Below are positions 62,229 to 64,000 of a stretch of 64,000 bases of DNA, piece by piece. Made by a program: the position numbers and the translations under genes. Each line of letters begins with the position of its first letter. Positions within the stretch are counted from its first letter, which is position 1. Source of the stretch: an uncultured delta proteobacterium (GTDB lineage: Bacteria > Myxococcota > Myxococcia > Myxococcales > Anaeromyxobacteraceae); contig CAWHDZ010000015.1 in assembly GCA_963828255.1 (NCBI GenBank), positions 96,001 through 160,000 on the forward strand. The letters are read 5' to 3'. The notes under the pieces are model-generated. The model saw nothing but the letters and a program-made list of their open reading frames with translations, did not search any database and was not told the DNA's origin.

Positions 62229-62744
62229 ATGCGAAGGACCATCGCCAGCCCCCACGCCCCGAAGGCCATCGGACCCTACAGCCAGGCGGTGGTGACCCAC
62301 CACGCCGACGACATCCAGATGCTCCACGCCGCCGGGCAGATCCCCATCGATCCGGCCACCGGCGACCTCGTGGCCGGCGACGTGACGGCCCAGGCCGAGC
62401 GGGTCATGGAGAACATCGCGGCGGTGCTGGCCCACGCCGGGATGGAGTTCTCCGACATCGTGAAGACCACGGTCTTCCTCCTGGACCTGGCCGACTTCGC
62501 GGCCATGAACGAGGTCTACGGCCGCCGCTTCCTGGGAGCGTTCCCGGCCAGGTCCACCATCCAGGTGGCGGGGCTGCCCAAGGGGTCGCGCATCGAGGTC
62601 GAGGTGCATGCGGTCAGGCATCCCCCTCCGGCGAGGCGCTCCGCGCCGAGCAAGGCCCGGGTCTCGCCCGCCAAGAAGTCGCCTCCCCGCAAGCGCGCCA
62701 GGAAGGCGAAGACAAGGCCGGCGCAGCGCCGGAAGGGTCGCTGA
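62229..62744 (+). CDS. ridA: RidA/YjgF enamine deaminase with basic C-terminal tail
   Basis: APKAIGPYSQA, GQIP, MNEVY, PARST, LPKG..IE. Confidence 0.88.
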   Translation: MRRTIASPHAPKAIGPYSQAVVTHHADDIQMLHAAGQIPIDPATGDLVAGDVTAQAERVMENIAAVLAHAGMEFSDIVKTTVFLLDLADFAAMNEVYGRRFLGAFPARSTIQVAGLPKGSRIEVEVHAVRHPPPARRSAPSKARVSPAKKSPPRKRARKAKTRPAQRRKGR

Positions 62745-62832
62745 AGCGCCGAGGCGCCGCCCCTTTCGGGGTGGGTCCCGCCTGTTTCGCCCGGGCGAAA
62801 CAGCGATGACCCATCCCCGCGCTTCTCCCGCG

Positions 62833-64000
62833 TCACCGCATCAACCCGTGCCTCTCCAGCTTGTAATAGAGGTTCCGCACGGTGATCCCCAGGCTCCTCG
62901 CGGTCGCCGCGCGGTTCCCCCGGTGCCTCGCCAGCGCTCCGTCCAGGAGCTGCCGCTCCCACTCCTTCTTCAGCTCCGCGAACCGGCGCGGAGGCTCGCC
63001 TGGCCCCGTCTCCGGCAGCGGCGCCCCCGCTCCCTCCGCCAGGTCGAAGTGCGCCCGGGTGATCACCTCTTCCCCCGGCTGCATGTGGATCACCGCCCGT
63101 CCGAGCAGGTTCTCCATCTCGCGCACGTTGCCCTTCCACGGATGGTCGAGGAGCAGGTCCACCGCATCCTGCGAGAGCCGAAGCGGGACCAGCCGGTACT
63201 CCGCGCAGATGCGGGCGAGCAGCGACCGGGCCAGCCCGGGGATGTCCTCGCGCCGCTCCCGCAGCGGCGGGATGCGGATGGGCATGACCGAGAGCCGGTA
63301 GAAGAGGTCCTGCCGGAAGCGGCCGCTCGCCACCAGCGTGTCGAGGTCGTCGTGGGTGGCGGCGACGAGCCGCACGTCCACCGGCCGCGGCGTGGACGAG
63401 CCGACCCGGACGATCTCCCTCTCCTGGAGCGCGCGCAGCAGCTTGGCCTGCGCCGCCAGCGGCGCGTCGGCGATCTCGTCGAGGAAGAGGGTGCCCCCGT
63501 CGGCCTCCTCGAAGTGACCGCGCTGCCCCTGCGGCCGGGCCCCGGTGAAGGCGCCCCCCTCGTAGCCGAAGAGGGCGCTCTCCAGCAGCGTGTCGGGGAT
63601 GGCTGCGCAGTTCACCCGGATGAACGCCTGCTCCCGCCGCTCGCTGGCGTGGTGGATGGCGTGGGCGAACATCTCCTTGCCGGTGCCGCTGTCGCCGAGG
63701 AGCAGGACGGTGGCCGGCGTGCGCGCCGCCCGCAGGGCGAGTTCCTTGGCCCGGGCCATGGACGGGCAGCCGCCGATGATGTCCTCGAAGGTGTGCTTCG
63801 ACTGGAGGCGGCGCAGCTGTTCCTTGGCCGAGGCCAGCTCCTCGGAGAGCCGCCGGATCTCCGAGACGTCGTGGATCACCCCCACGCTCCCGCGCAGCTC
63901 GCCGCCCACGAGCAGCGGTGCGGCGTTCACCACGACGTCCCTCTGGTTCGGTCCGACCTGGAGCCTGGCGCCGCGGATGGGCTTGCGGGTGCGCAGCACG
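62833..64000 (-). CDS. sigma54-dependent enhancer-binding protein (PAS-AAA+-Fis HTH), 5' end outside window
   Basis: GDSGTGKE, GAFTGA, FLDEI, GNVRE, C-terminal HTH. Confidence 0.95.
   Translation of the reverse strand, partial: VLRTRKPIRGARLQVGPNQRDVVVNAAPLLVGGELRGSVGVIHDVSEIRRLSEELASAKEQLRRLQSKHTFEDIIGGCPSMARAKELALRAARTPATVLLLGDSGTGKEMFAHAIHHASERREQAFIRVNCAAIPDTLLESALFGYEGGAFTGARPQGQRGHFEEADGGTLFLDEIADAPLAAQAKLLRALQEREIVRVGSSTPRPVDVRLVAATHDDLDTLVASGRFRQDLFYRLSVMPIRIPPLRERREDIPGLARSLLARICAEYRLVPLRLSQDAVDLLLDHPWKGNVREMENLLGRAVIHMQPGEEVITRAHFDLAEGAGAPLPETGPGEPPRRFAELKKEWERQLLDGALARHRGNRAATARSLGITVRNLYYKLERHGLMR

Noticed and set aside
62745..62832. Intrinsic terminator between ridA and the sigma54 activator
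   Set aside because: Short GC hairpins are present but no U-tract on either strand; too weak to call

Overview
A very GC-rich, gene-dense bacterial chromosome segment. Gene content (myxosortase-like CPBP protease, lid-less Hsp70 paralog, zinc-ribbon/FHA proteins, sigma54 activator) suggests Myxococcota, probably Anaeromyxobacter-like; this is inference. It holds about 56 CDS: transsulfuration enzyme, IMPDH/GMPR, RND pump, glycosyltransferases, aceEF, gltX, dGTPase, Hsp70/J pair, deoxyhypusine-synthase-like enzyme, two divergent complex I (nuo) operons, ampG, polX, moaB, diadenylate cyclase, dksA, D-/L-lactate oxidation genes, rel and ridA. I saw no rRNA, tRNA, CRISPR array, transposase or phage genes. 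Most notable: (1) two back-to-back, non-identical nuo operons, nuoABCDHIJKLMN with no NADH module and nuoABCD-G-HI with no E/F or J-N, carrying His-rich inserts; (2) a ~430 nt highly self-complementary non-coding element between convergent genes at 21.3-21.7 kb; (3) a recurring -10 box 6-9 nt before the start codon at about 7 genes, suggesting leaderless mRNAs; (4) three 1-nt frameshifts all next to GGATC, probably methylation-linked sequencing errors; (5) a DacZ-like c-di-AMP cyclase head-to-head with dksA, near rel. All calls come from reading motifs by eye; no searches were run.
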